Shown in pieces: positions 49,501 to 61,400 of a DNA stretch of 64,000 nt. Source of the DNA: Azolla caroliniana (Eukaryota; Plantae; Polypodiophyta); NCBI GenBank assembly GCA_043228905.1, contig JBHGNT010000008.1, forward strand, positions 11,098,001 through 11,162,000, in the 5' to 3' direction. Position 1 is the stretch's first letter; each line of letters opens with the position of its first letter. The position numbers were made by a program, and so were the translations under genes. The notes under the pieces are model-generated. The model worked only from the letters and a program-made list of their open reading frames with translations. It searched no databases and had not been told where the DNA came from.

Positions 49501-52500
49501 TCTCTGGGCTTTGGTAACCGGCTCCTCTATTTTCTCTTCATCCGAATCTGATTCGGGGTCTTGGCCGGTTCCGGTTTCAGCTTCCTCTACTTCTTCTTCT
49601 GCCGGTTCAGTATCATCACCGTAACCAGCTAGTTCCTCGAGTGATAACCAGTCTCTTACCGGTTGGGTCTGCTCATCGTAGAATCGATCCTTACCGGTTG
49701 ACTCGGAGTTCATTATCTTCTTCTCCGACTCCCAGTCGGTGAGCGTCTTGTCCTCCATGAAGACAATATCTCGACTCCGGAATACCTTCTTGTCGACCAG
49801 GTCCCACACTCGGTAGCTGAACTCATCGTCGCCATAACCGAGGAATATGCATGGTCGGGTCTTTGGATCTAACTTTCCTCTCCGGTCCTTAGCTACATGC
49901 ACGTACGCGAGACACCCGAATACCTTCAGATGCCGGTAGGACACTTCCTTACCGGTCCAGACTCTCTGTGGCGTGTCTCCGTCCAAGGGTACTGAGGGTG
50001 ATCTATTTATCACATATGTCGCCGTCGACAATGCCTCAGCCCAAAACTTCTTGGGTAGTTTTGCATGCGCCAGCATAATCCGGACCCTCTCCATTATGGT
50101 CAGGTTCATCCTCTCGGCCAGCCTGTTTAGTTCCGGCGTCTTTGGCATGGTAAATTCGAGCCGGATTCCCTTCGAGCGGCAGTACTCCTCGAACTACCCC
50201 CGGTATTCTCCTCCGTTATCTGCTCGAACCGCCTTCAGCTTCCGGCCGGTTTCTCTTTCCACTCTGACGTGGAGCTCTTTGAAGACGGATAGCACCTAAT
50301 CCTTCGTCTTCAACGGTGTGGCCCACAGCTTCCGACTGTGGTCATCTATGATTGTTACGAAGTACTGCGCTCCAGCATGTGACTTCGTGTCTACTTAACA
50401 CACATCCGTATGCACCAACTCCAGTGGTGCATTACGTCTCATCGGTGGCCTTGGTCGGAAGGAGGTCCGGTTTTGCTTACCAGCCAGACAATCAGTGCAC
50501 TTCTCCAAGTGCACGTTCTTCACTGGAATGAGGTTGTCATTTGCAAGCCTCTTCATCCCCTTCTCGCTCATATGACACAGCCTGTTGTGCCACAGCTCAC
50601 AGGCAGTGTCGGATGCCACGTTCACTTCTTCCGGACATAACCGGGCATTCATCAGGTACAATGTGTTGACCTTCTGGGCCCGAGTCACAATCAGGCTCCC
50701 TTTGCTGAACTTCATGACACTGTTCCAGATGCTACCCGTGTAGCCTTCATCATCTAGCTCACCGGTTGATAACAGGTTCAGACGAACCTCCGGAACGTGT
50801 CGGACATCCTTCAGCAGCAACTTGCATCTGGTTGGTGTTGTCAGCCACACGTCTCCTATGCCGACAATTCGGCATGTACCTTCATTCCCCATCCGGACAC
50901 AGTCGTGATCACCTGTTACGTAGAATGAGAAGCATTTCCGGTCTGGGGTAAGGTGGAACGACGCTCCGGAGTCTACCACCCAGGTCATCTCGTCACCGGC
51001 AAGGTTTATCTCACTCTCCTTGGTGATGAGCATCAACTCTTCTTCACTTGCCGCGATTGTCGTTGTTTCCTTCCGGTCCGGCCCCCTCCGGTCTTTACCG
51101 TTCCGGTCCGGGGTCTGCTTCGAATCGGTACTGTCAGTTTCCTTGTCTTTTTGGAAATGCCGACAGTTCTTTTGGAAGTGTCCCGGCTTGCCACAATAGA
51201 AGCAAGTAGGCCTTCCCCTTGACTATGACCTTGTCCCCGACTTCTCCCGGTTTTGGGGACTACGGTTTCTATGTCTTCCGCGTTCCGATTCGGTAAGGAG
51301 CGCTTTGGAGTCGGAGCTCGTATCTTTATCTTTCGGACGCGCCTCCTCATCTAGCAAGCTCGACTTTACTCTTGCTAGGGATAACCGTTTTCCTTCCGGC
51401 CTGGCGTTGCCCAAAGTGACAACCAACGTCTCCCAGCTATCCGGGAGGGAACCGAGCAGGAGTAGCGCTAGTACCTCATTGGCGAGAGGTACTTCCAATG
51501 ATGTTGCCTGGTGGATCAGCAATTGGAAGGCATTCATGTGCTCCACCATGCTGGAGCCATCTTGGTACCGGAGTCTTACTAGCTGCCGGAATACCGAAAC
51601 TTGATTAACAGCATTTTTGTTTTGAAACATAATGAGCTCATGAGCCTTGCTCTCTTCATTGAAGTTGTTGTATAGGGTCATGTCGATGAAGCACCGTATG
51701 TACGCCATTGCCTTCATGTGCATCACCTCCCATATTGTGGCGTCGATCTTGTCCGGTCTCTTGTCCCCGAACTGAACCGGTAACCAAAGATCTTTAACCA
51801 CGAGCATGTCCCTCATCTTCGACTTCCACACTGAATAGTTGGAGCCGGTGAGCTTGAACATGCCGCCAAACGATTCATCCATTTTCTGTGTCGTTTCGCT
51901 CTGATACCACTTGACGGAACTGCACGCTCCCTATACGCAATGCTCGGCCACAACCGAGCTTAGAATCATACACAGAAAACGGGAAATAATGAACGACACC
52001 AAGAAGAGACGAGTACGCAGGATGTTTACGTGAAAAACCCAAACTAAGGGAAAAAACCACAGCAGCCCACAGGCTGCAAACTATCACTATGCTAGAATGT
52101 ACAACAATGAGTTCACGGAGGCAACGACCTCGTGCTCACGATCCTCGCCACAGGCGGCGGTTACAACAGAGGCAACGACCTCTTCCTCTCTCTCTTTCTC
52201 TCTCTGTACACAGTTACGCGCTCTCTCTCTCCTTGCACCAACAAGAATGACAACAACAACTATCTAAAAGTTTTCCCTAAGTCATATTTATACTAATATG
52301 ACTTTTCAGCTATTTACAAATATAGCCATGATGGATTCTCAGAAACATATTTATGAATATGTCTCTTCATCCGGTGAGCACTCCTCACTGGGTTTGCACC
52401 ACCCAGCTCTCCGAAGCCGGGCACTCCTCATTCGGTTCTCACCGGGTCTGCACCATCCGGCTCTCCGAAGCCGGGCACTCCTCATCCGGTTCTCACCGGG

Positions 52501-52587
52501 TCTGCTCCATCTGGCTCTCCGTAGCCGGGTACTCCTCATCAGCATTGTTCTTCTCCCTTCCCATCCGGAGGGACCTGTCTCCCAACA
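46542..52587 (-). mobile_element. Ty1/copia element A3 (Tork/Tnt1-like)
   Basis: LTRs 46542-47212 and 51912-52587; TSD ATAGC; PBS at 51898-51909; gag-pol fragments 47223-51882. Confidence 0.96.
48127..48757 (+). repeat. Solo LTR of the A family, inverted inside A3 RT
   Basis: TG..CA termini; perfect TSD CGGTT (48122-48126 / 48758-48762); similar to the A3 LTR; no internal domain. Confidence 0.93.
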
Positions 52588-55500
52588 ATAGCGTATCATC
52601 CGATTGTGCCATCGTATTTGTCCGAGAAACCAGTTGAGTGCTTTCGCGTTTGTCGGTGTTTTCGCGTGAGTTATCGCGGAGATTTTGTTCAGATCGACCG
52701 CTATCCCTTCCTTACTAACTATGTGGCCGAGGAGAGCCCCGCTGGTAACGCCGAAGGCGCATTTGGCGGGATTCAGGCTTAAGCGCGCAATTTGGCAATG
52801 CTCTAGGCAAAGCTGCAGGTGCGTAAAATGGTCGGTTGTTGTCCCATATACCGCAAAATCGTCTAAAAAGACTTGCATGAAGGCCGGAATATATTCCCCA
52901 AAAATCTTTGTGATTGTCCTTTGGAATGTAGTCGGCGCCATCTTTAGCCCGAACATCATCACGACTGCGACATAGACTCCCCATTCCATGACAAACGCCG
53001 TCTTCTCTTGATCGTCGTGGTGCATGCGTACTTGATTGTACCCACCGAAGCCATCTAAAAAGTTGTACATGTCATGCCCTACGACGGCATCCAGTACGCT
53101 ATTGGTAAACGGTAATGGGAATGCATCGGTTATGGTTACGACGTTCAATTTCCGGTAGTCCACGCATACACGTATTTTGCCATTTCTCTTTGGCACGACC
53201 ACTATCCGGCTTAACCATGTCACTTGTTTGACCGGTTGTATGAATCCATCCTTGAGGAGTTTGTCAATTTCTTCTTTTACGCGAGCTGCGTAGTTTGGGT
53301 TCATGCGGTATCGACGCTACTGGACCGGTTTCGCATCGGTCGCTACATTGATCTTATGTTGATAGAACTTTGGATCTAACCCCTTCATGTCCTCGTGGGA
53401 CCAGGCGAACACATCTATATACTTCCTGACTAGTGCTATCATCACGTCTCTTTGATCCGGCAATAATTCTTTTGCGATGGACAGGAATCGGGGTTCTAAC
53501 ATCGAGCCCATGTTTACTTCTTCCAGGGTTGAGGCCGTGACTCGTCGTGAAATTTCCATTTCTCTTTCGAACATTGCTCGTGCTCTGCTTAGTTCTAATA
53601 TTGACTCCGGCTTTGGTTCATAAACCTCGTCGTGGAGCATAGCGGATGTGGCATACTCCGTCGTGGTTTCAATGACGTCAATTTCGAAAAGCGGAATGAT
53701 CCGGGGGTGCTCGTCTAGGTATACTTCTAATTCTGTATCATCCACCCCAGCCAGCATATTTATATCCTCCACGTATAACGGTGTTATGCCCTTGGGTTGT
53801 GCCGCCATTTCCTCTATTGGTATGCGAACCTTGGTGCATCCGCGTCGAAAGCTGATGCAATTATGTTGCCAGCTCTGCTTGATATTCGCTGAATGAAGCC
53901 ACGGTCTACCCAGTAGCATAGGATACACTTCTAGGGCATCGAGGGCGAGAACTACCACCGAAACGTCGAAGCGATGTCCTTCCACGATAATGCCTATCTT
54001 GTGTATTAAACCCAATGGCCGTACTGAGTGAGTATCTGCCATGCGAAGCCAATTCGGGCAAGCTTCCCATTCTGAAATTCCCAGTTGTTCGCATGTCTTC
54101 GCGCTAATTACATTAACGCTAGAGCCGCCGTCGATTACGCATCCTAGGATTTCCTGACCGTGTAGTATCGGTTTAATAGCCGGATTGTGGTGATCCACCA
54201 CTATTGGTCCGGCGTTGATGTCCGTAAAACTTGCAGAGATGCTTACTCCAGGTTTGCCTGTTATACGATCCTCCACGGCATGGCGGAAGCGTGGGACTAG
54301 TTGAAGTAGCTTCTCCATGGTTAGCGTTATCTCCCTGCTAGTGCTTGCCATATGGGATCCGGAGATATTACTTCCTCCTTCGATGGCTCCACCGTGTTTG
54401 CGGACTCCTTCCGCATGCGTTCCGTATTTGCCGCGTTTGCTTTTTCAACCCATGCTTGGGTCGTCTGACGTATCTCATCTTGCACGGCCCACTCAACATT
54501 TTTTGTTAGATGTCGTGTCGTGACTTGTTGCACTTCCGCCATAATCGTATTGACGGCGGGCCCCTTGCCCTTGCGTAATGGGCATTGCGTGGGATAATGT
54601 CCGGGCCGTTGGCAAACAAAACAATGGACGTTAGATTCGCCTTTCTCGGCAACTGGTAGTGTGTGCCGATCCCCAGGTGTGACTTGCTCCTCCCGGTCCT
54701 GGTTCGTTCTTCGGAGCGTACGCGGTGGTTGTTGTTGGTCCCGGCGTGGCTCCTGGTGCCGGTCATCGTCTGAACTTTCGTCGTACCGCCGTTGGTCCCG
54801 ATACTGACGATGTTTTCCGCGAGGCCCATTGAACCTGCTGCGTTTGTTTGTTGGACGGTAATTCTCGTAGCGTCGACCCCCTTTAGTATTTCTGTGGTTG
54901 CCATGGTAGTCTTCATCCTTTGGCTAGTCTTCCTCGGAATCGTTGTTATTCCGGCAATTCCGGTAGTGCCGGTCATTGCGTGGGTTCTGATCCATATACC
55001 GGGGGTCGTTCTTCTTGCCGCCTTTTCTCATTACGTCGAGGGGAGCGCTGTGTTTCCACGCTTTGTACTGTAGGCGTGGCTCTAATCAAGATATTGTACT
55101 CGCACTGCTCGACCGTGTGTGCTTTCGAGTGACAGATTGGGTAGTGGATTCACATGTTGCACTCGACTGCGGAATGCCTAGAATTCAAGCAAATCGTGCA
55201 CTAGATTGCCTAGCGGAAGTGTCGTTCCTCGTCTTGAGGTAACGCTTGCCGTAATGAGGACATGGAAAACCGTTCTTCTTCTTCGTCCAGCTCGAGCTAT
55301 AGCACTCGTTCTATGACCATGTCGGTCGTTTCTCCTTTCACGCTAATGTTGTTAAGCGTCGTCCGTATTGGTCGTCATAGAGCTGCCAAGAATGTCTCCC
55401 GAGCTTTGTCCTCCGTCGGCCCCCGTTCTAATTTCCGTCGTAGATTTTGGAAGCGTAAACTGAAATCCACTACAGTCTCGGCTGGCAATTGTTTAATTGT

Positions 55501-55790
55501 ATAAAACTGCCCGAGGATTTCGCGTTGCGGCACCTTCTGATGAAAGAAACGCAAAAAAGCCGATTGGTGTTGGTCAAAGGTCTTGAGTGTTGGTAGATCC
55601 ATCTACGAATGCCAAAACATCGCTCTCCCATCCAAAGTTAATCTGAACTCTGTCATTTTGGACTGGTGCGCAACTTCTTCCGGAAGGCTCTACGCCATGT
55701 GATTTGCATTCCAGACATTTAGGAACAGGCGAATGTGGGTTGTGGCGTCGGTTTCGCCGTTGAAGCGGGGATACGAGAAGGCCATGTTGG
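52588..55790 (-). pseudogene. G3 gag, protease and RT
   Basis: YPRFNGETDATTH, CFVCQRPGHYPTQC, VIDGGSSVNVI, MLLGRPWL, RVCVDYRKLN, FLDGFGGYNQ and FLDDF motifs. Confidence 0.93.
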
Positions 55791-56561
55791 ACACTACGGA
55801 GGGCAGAGAAGGACCACGGTGCTTGTGTGGTGAGCTAGCTTGCTGCCTGTCACCGGGGTATTTGGTGAGCAAAAAGTCATCTTTGTGGTCCCGACTGATA
55901 TCACTGTCACTGAGGCGAGGTTTCTACCGTGTGCATGCCTCTGCCTGGCGTGTGATGGACCTTGTGATTGGTCGGTCTTGTAATTTTGGTTCTCTTGGAC
56001 GTCTGTGGCTAAACATCCATTCGTCGTTGTTCGTCTGTGAGAAGACACAGATCACCAAGCGTGCCAAAAGTGTTACCGATTAGGAACACGGTCTTCAGTC
56101 AGTCCTTCGACCTAGACCTCAAGGTGACTGCGTAGCCCCGAATGGTACCGTCGCGTCGTAATACGTAATGGGATAACTCTCCGTATCCTAGCAGCTTATA
56201 CGAGAGACGGCTACAACCGTACTCCCTAGACAGTGCACTCGTCACAATGCTCGCACTTACGCCTACGCTTCGTACGATTACAATGATTACAATACACCAC
56301 CAAGAATCACAAACACACAGTAGATTAACCATAGATATACACAAGGTATCATAGAAGATAACACTCTATTAAGATACGCTCTATGCACCAAAATTTACAC
56401 GCTGCCTCTATTAGAGGATTTCTGCCCTTTATATACGCAGGGCAGGATCTTTCAACCCTTCACGCTTCCCACGTGAACCATTTACATGCGTTACAATTTT
56501 ACTATATTCTATATTTCTGCGCTCTTGTCCGTCGGCTACTAATCTGGTGGACAACACAATG

Positions 56562-57905
56562 AAATAGGCCTCCATTGAGCGAAGGAAGATGGTGAAGGCC
56601 CCTTCAGCAAATGCTTTATCAATGAGGCATTTCCCATGACGTCCACATGTTCTGAAATAAAACCGTAAAAGGCCCCTTTAACTTAATCACATATTTTTTA
56701 AAGAGTTCATGTGTTAATCCATCCCACCTAGAACTCTTATCATTAGCAAGATGTGATACATGTGATACATGATTTTTCACTCCATTAAAATATACATGTC
56801 TATCCTTTTTAACATTATCATCGATACACACTTGTACATCCAACAATTGTGTATAATATTCTATGCATTTCTTCACAATTTCTTGAGGATCAGAACACAT
56901 GATACCATTTTCCTCTAACCTTACCACATTATGTCGTGCATGTGATTCATGAAGGTCATGAAAAAACTTATGTGATTGACAATTAGCATCCTCCACTTCT
57001 TATCTTAGGCGATGTAATCTAGCATGTTGATATTTTTTTGCCATAAGATCATGCATTGCAAAAATTAATACCTCTCGATAGGAAAATGTATCAATCAATT
57101 TACACATATAGGCATGGAAGACCTCATGATCCAAAAATGATGAATAAAAAGTCAACGACGATTTTCCTAAAAACTCATGAAAAGCTCTAATTGAGTGGTG
57201 AGTGAATTCAAAAATTAATGGGAAATGATCTGATATAATTGACCCATAAGACACTGAAATATCCAAAATCTCTGGTAAAAATCCTTCAATATGCATTATA
57301 TACATTCGATCCAACCTACTCCAGGTATCTTTATATTGAGCCGATTGAAAGGTATAACTAGGTTCATCTCCCTTGATCCATTTCCATACATCCCTTAACA
57401 TCACATTAGTCTTAAAATCTCCCCACACTTGAGCCTCTGGTCCATCCATAATAGAGTGGATAGATGTTGATTGATCTGTCTCACAACAAACATTAAAATT
57501 CCCATCAATAAACCTGGTCCACCATTATCAAGCACTGAGTTTAGAGATCTTCATAACAACTTTCGTTCTTGTGAAACATTCGATGCATACACACCAACTA
57601 ACCAAAGAACTTGCCCTTCATAACATATCTCTATCACGATAAATCTTCCAAATTCATCTGAAACAATTACTTTGGGTGAAATTTATTTCTTATAAACATG
57701 GCAATCCTAGAATAATCCCTATGGACATTGCCATCATAACATAATGTATAACCCTTAGAATAACTAATTTATCCAGCATTACGATGATCTTTATGCTCTA
57801 CTGCACATAAAACATCTCATTGTTCACTTAACCCAATCCTCCAAACCTCATGCATTCTAAATCTAGCTCAGAATCCCCTCACATTCCATGTCGTGATCTT
57901 CATAC
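56562..57905 (-). pseudogene. L1-type LINE ORF2 N-terminus: APE endonuclease and linker
   Basis: KITTWNVRGF near 57875-57900; SRLDRMY, SDHFPL, KSSRWDGL and WRPISL motifs; continuous with 19618 once G3 is removed. Confidence 0.88.
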
Positions 57906-58490
57906 TTTATTTTTTCCTTTTATTCAAGAAATATCCTTCTCTTTCACTACTAATGTTTCTGCCATATCTTGAAATAAATCCCCTAAGATTGCATATGAAT
58001 TACTATGGGAATGCAAAACTCCAGACCCCAATGCCTCCTCATGTGAACGAGGTACCGATTTTCATTTATTCCAAGGAACATACAAATTACCTTTATTATC
58101 AAAAGATAATTTCTTTGGATAGTCCTCTTGACGAGCCCATGGTTTACTTCGCATGGGATTTGTTTGTTGAATTGGTGTGACCTTCTCCATAGATACATTA
58201 TGCCCAACATTCTTATTAAACTTCTTCATCTTTCTAGAAACTATTGACCATTTCCCTTTGTTGAGAGACAAGCTCAACATTCGATGTGTAATCGGGTGCG
58301 TAAAACAATTACGCACAACATGGTCGTAACGGTGTCGTGAAGGATTTGCTTCACGATATAAAAATAAATTTAAATATTGAATTCAGTAATATTACAAACA
58401 CTTGAACGCAAAACCTTATAAACCAAGCACAATGTATATACCACTAGGGTAGGCTATTTATTTGTAACAGTGTGTAATAAATGTGCTTCA

Positions 58491-61400
58491 TGTTGGGTTT
58501 ACGGTCCCTCCGGATGGGATGGTCAGATGTCCGGGAATCGGGAATGAAGACCCGAATGAGGAGTACCCGGTATCGGAACCGGATGATGAAGACCCCGGCT
58601 ACGGAGCCGGATGACGAATGTACCCGGAGAGAGATCCGGATGCGGGGACATATTTGTGAATATGTTTGCCAAGGGCCCTCGAGGCTATATTTGTAAATAG
58701 CCCGAAAGTCATATGTGTATAAATATGACTTAGGGCAAACAGTTTTGTTGTTGTTGCTCATTTTTCTATTTTCCACTTAGAGGGAGCGAAGTGAGAGCAG
58801 CCGAGAGAGAGAGAGAGAGAGAGAGAAAGGAAGAGGTCGACGCCTCTGTGTAATACCGCCACCTGTGGCGAGGACAGCGAGCTCAAGGTCGTCGCCTTGC
58901 AGCTCGCCATTGTACATTCCCTGCGTATAGTGATAGTTGGAGTCTTGCACTCCCGTGGTTTTTCCCGTCTAGGGTTTTCCACGCTAAACCCTGTGCATTC
59001 GTGTCTCTCTCTGTGTTTTCGATTTACTGCTGCATTGATTCGTGTTTCCTCGGTTGTGGCCGAGAGGTGAAGGTTTTGAAAGCGTCAATTTCTAACAATC
59101 TGGTATCAGAGCGACTGCAGTGCAGAAAATGGAAGGCGGCAGCAGCGGGCAGCCGGGGATGATGGTGCTGAATGCGCAGAACTACGCCGACTGGAAGATA
59201 AAGATGGAGGATCTGCTCATTGTTCGGGACCTGTATGAACCGATCGACAGGTCGGAAATACCCAAGGGGGTACTTGAGACGGAATGGAGGCTTCTGAACC
59301 GGAAAGCCGTTGCAACCATTCGGCAATACGTCGACGTGAGCGTTCTACAACATGTGGCGAACGACACCAACGCATATGAGATGTGGCAGAAGCTGTCGGG
59401 CCTCTACGAGAGGAAGAATGCGTTGAACCTGACCTCCCTGATGAGGAAGATAGTGAACCTCAAGTACCGGGACGGCGAGAGTATGGTGGAACACGTAAGC
59501 ACGTTCATGGGATTCGTGAACCAGCTTGCGGCGATCAAGTTCCCGTTGGAGGATGCAATGCAAGCCATCATGCTGATGTGTACATTGCCGGAAAGCTGGG
59601 AGAACTTGGTGGTGACTCTCAGCACCTCCTGCACCGAAGATAACTTGTCCCTACAAACGGTAAATACAAGCATTTTGAACGAAGAAGCGCGTCGGAGAGA
59701 TAAAGAACCGGCCTTCGATCCGAAGATGCTGCTTACCGAATCGGATCGGGGAAGACAACGGAACCGGAGTCCGCAAAGACGGGAGAAGTCGGGGACCCGG
59801 TCGCAGTCAAGAGGAAGGCCCACATGCTTCCACTGTGGGAAGCCGGGGCACTTCCGAAAGAATTGTCGGCATTACCGAAAAGACAACGGAGCCGACGACA
59901 CCGATTCGAAGAAGTCTTCGGAACGAAACGGTGCATACCGGGGAGCCACGGACCGGAATGGTTCGGATCGGCGAGGGCAGGACCGGAAAGGAACGACGGC
60001 ACTCGTGGCAAGTGAAGAGGAGATCATGCTCATCACCGAAGAAGGTGAACTAAACATTGCCGGCGATGAGACTACCTGGGTGGTCGATTCCGGAGTGTCG
60101 TTCCACCTGACCCCGGAAAGAAGATACTTCTCATCCTACACAGCCTGTGAGCATGGCTGTGTTCGGATGGGAAATGAAGGTACGTGCCGGATTGCCGGCA
60201 TAGGAGACGTGTGGTTGACAACCTCGACCGGATGCAAAATGTTGCTGAAGGATGTCCGACATGTTCCGGAGGTTCGATTGAACCTGATTTCGGCCGGGAG
60301 GCTAGACGATGAAGGCTACACAGGTAGCATCCGGAACTGCGTAATGAAGTTCAGCAAGGGGAGCCTGATAGTGGCTCGGGGCCGGAAAGTCAACACACTG
60401 TACCTTATGAATGCCTGGTTGTGTCCGGAGGAGTTGAACGTGGCAGCCGACACTGCCGGTGAGCTGTGGCACAAGAGACTGTGCCACATGAGTGAGAAGG
60501 GGATGAAGAGGCTTGCAGAAGACAACCTTATTCCAGTGAAGCATGTGCACCTGGAGAAGTGCACCGATTGCCTGGCCGGTAAGCAGAACCGAACCTCCTT
60601 CCACTCAAGGCCACCGACGAGACGTAGCGCACCATTGGAGTTGGTGCACACTAACGTGTGTCAAGTAGAAACGAAGTCACATGGCGGAGCCCAGTACTTC
60701 GTGACATTCATTGATGACCACAGCCGGAAGCTGTGGACGGCACCGTTGAAGACAAAGGACCAAGTGTTGTGCGTCTTCAAAGAACTCCACGCGAGAGTGG
60801 AAAGGGAATCCGGTAAGAAGCTGAAAGCGATACGAGCGGATAACGGAGGGGAATACCGGGGGCAGTTCGAGGAGTACTGTCGCTCGAAGGGAATCCGGCT
60901 CGAGTTTACTGTGCCGAAGACGCCGAAACTGAACGGGCTGGCCGAGAGGATGAACCGGACCATAATGGAGAGGGTCCGGAGTATGATGGCGCATGCGAAA
61001 TTACCCAAGGGGTTTTGGGCTGAGGCAATGTCGACGACGACATACGTGATAAACAGATCACCCTCAGTACCTTTGGACGGAGACACGCCGCAGAGAGTGT
61101 GGACCGGTAGGGAAGTATCCTACCGGCATCTGAAGGTGTTCGGGTGTCTCGCATATGTGCATGTGGCAAAGGACCGGAGAGGAAAGCTAGATCCAAAGAC
61201 CCGGCCATGCATATTCCTCGGTTACGGCGATGACGAGTTCGGCTACCGAGTATGGGACCCGGTCGACAAAAAGATATTCCGGAGTCGTGATATCATCTTC
61301 ATGGAGGACAAGACACTCGCCGACTGGGAGTCGGAGAAGAAGATGAAGAGCTCCAAGTCGACCGGTGAGGATCAACTCTACGAGGAGCAGTCCCGACCGG

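Larger units (their letters stand above)
19624..56556 (-). mobile_element. Athila/Tat-lineage gypsy G3 carrying five direct nested insertions
   Basis: LTRs 19624-20102 and 56071-56556; TSD CAATG (19619-19623 / 56557-56561) inside the LINE WRPISL|MGG motif; TATATAAA on the - strand of the LTR; PBS TGGCACGCTTGGTG at 56053-56066. Confidence 0.94.

Noticed and set aside
52351-52587. Unusual repetitive C-terminus on the RT ORF 52351-53304 (and chimeric ORFs 33839-34321, 48028-48375)
   Set aside because: These are read-through across insertion junctions into LTR sequence, not real fusion proteins.
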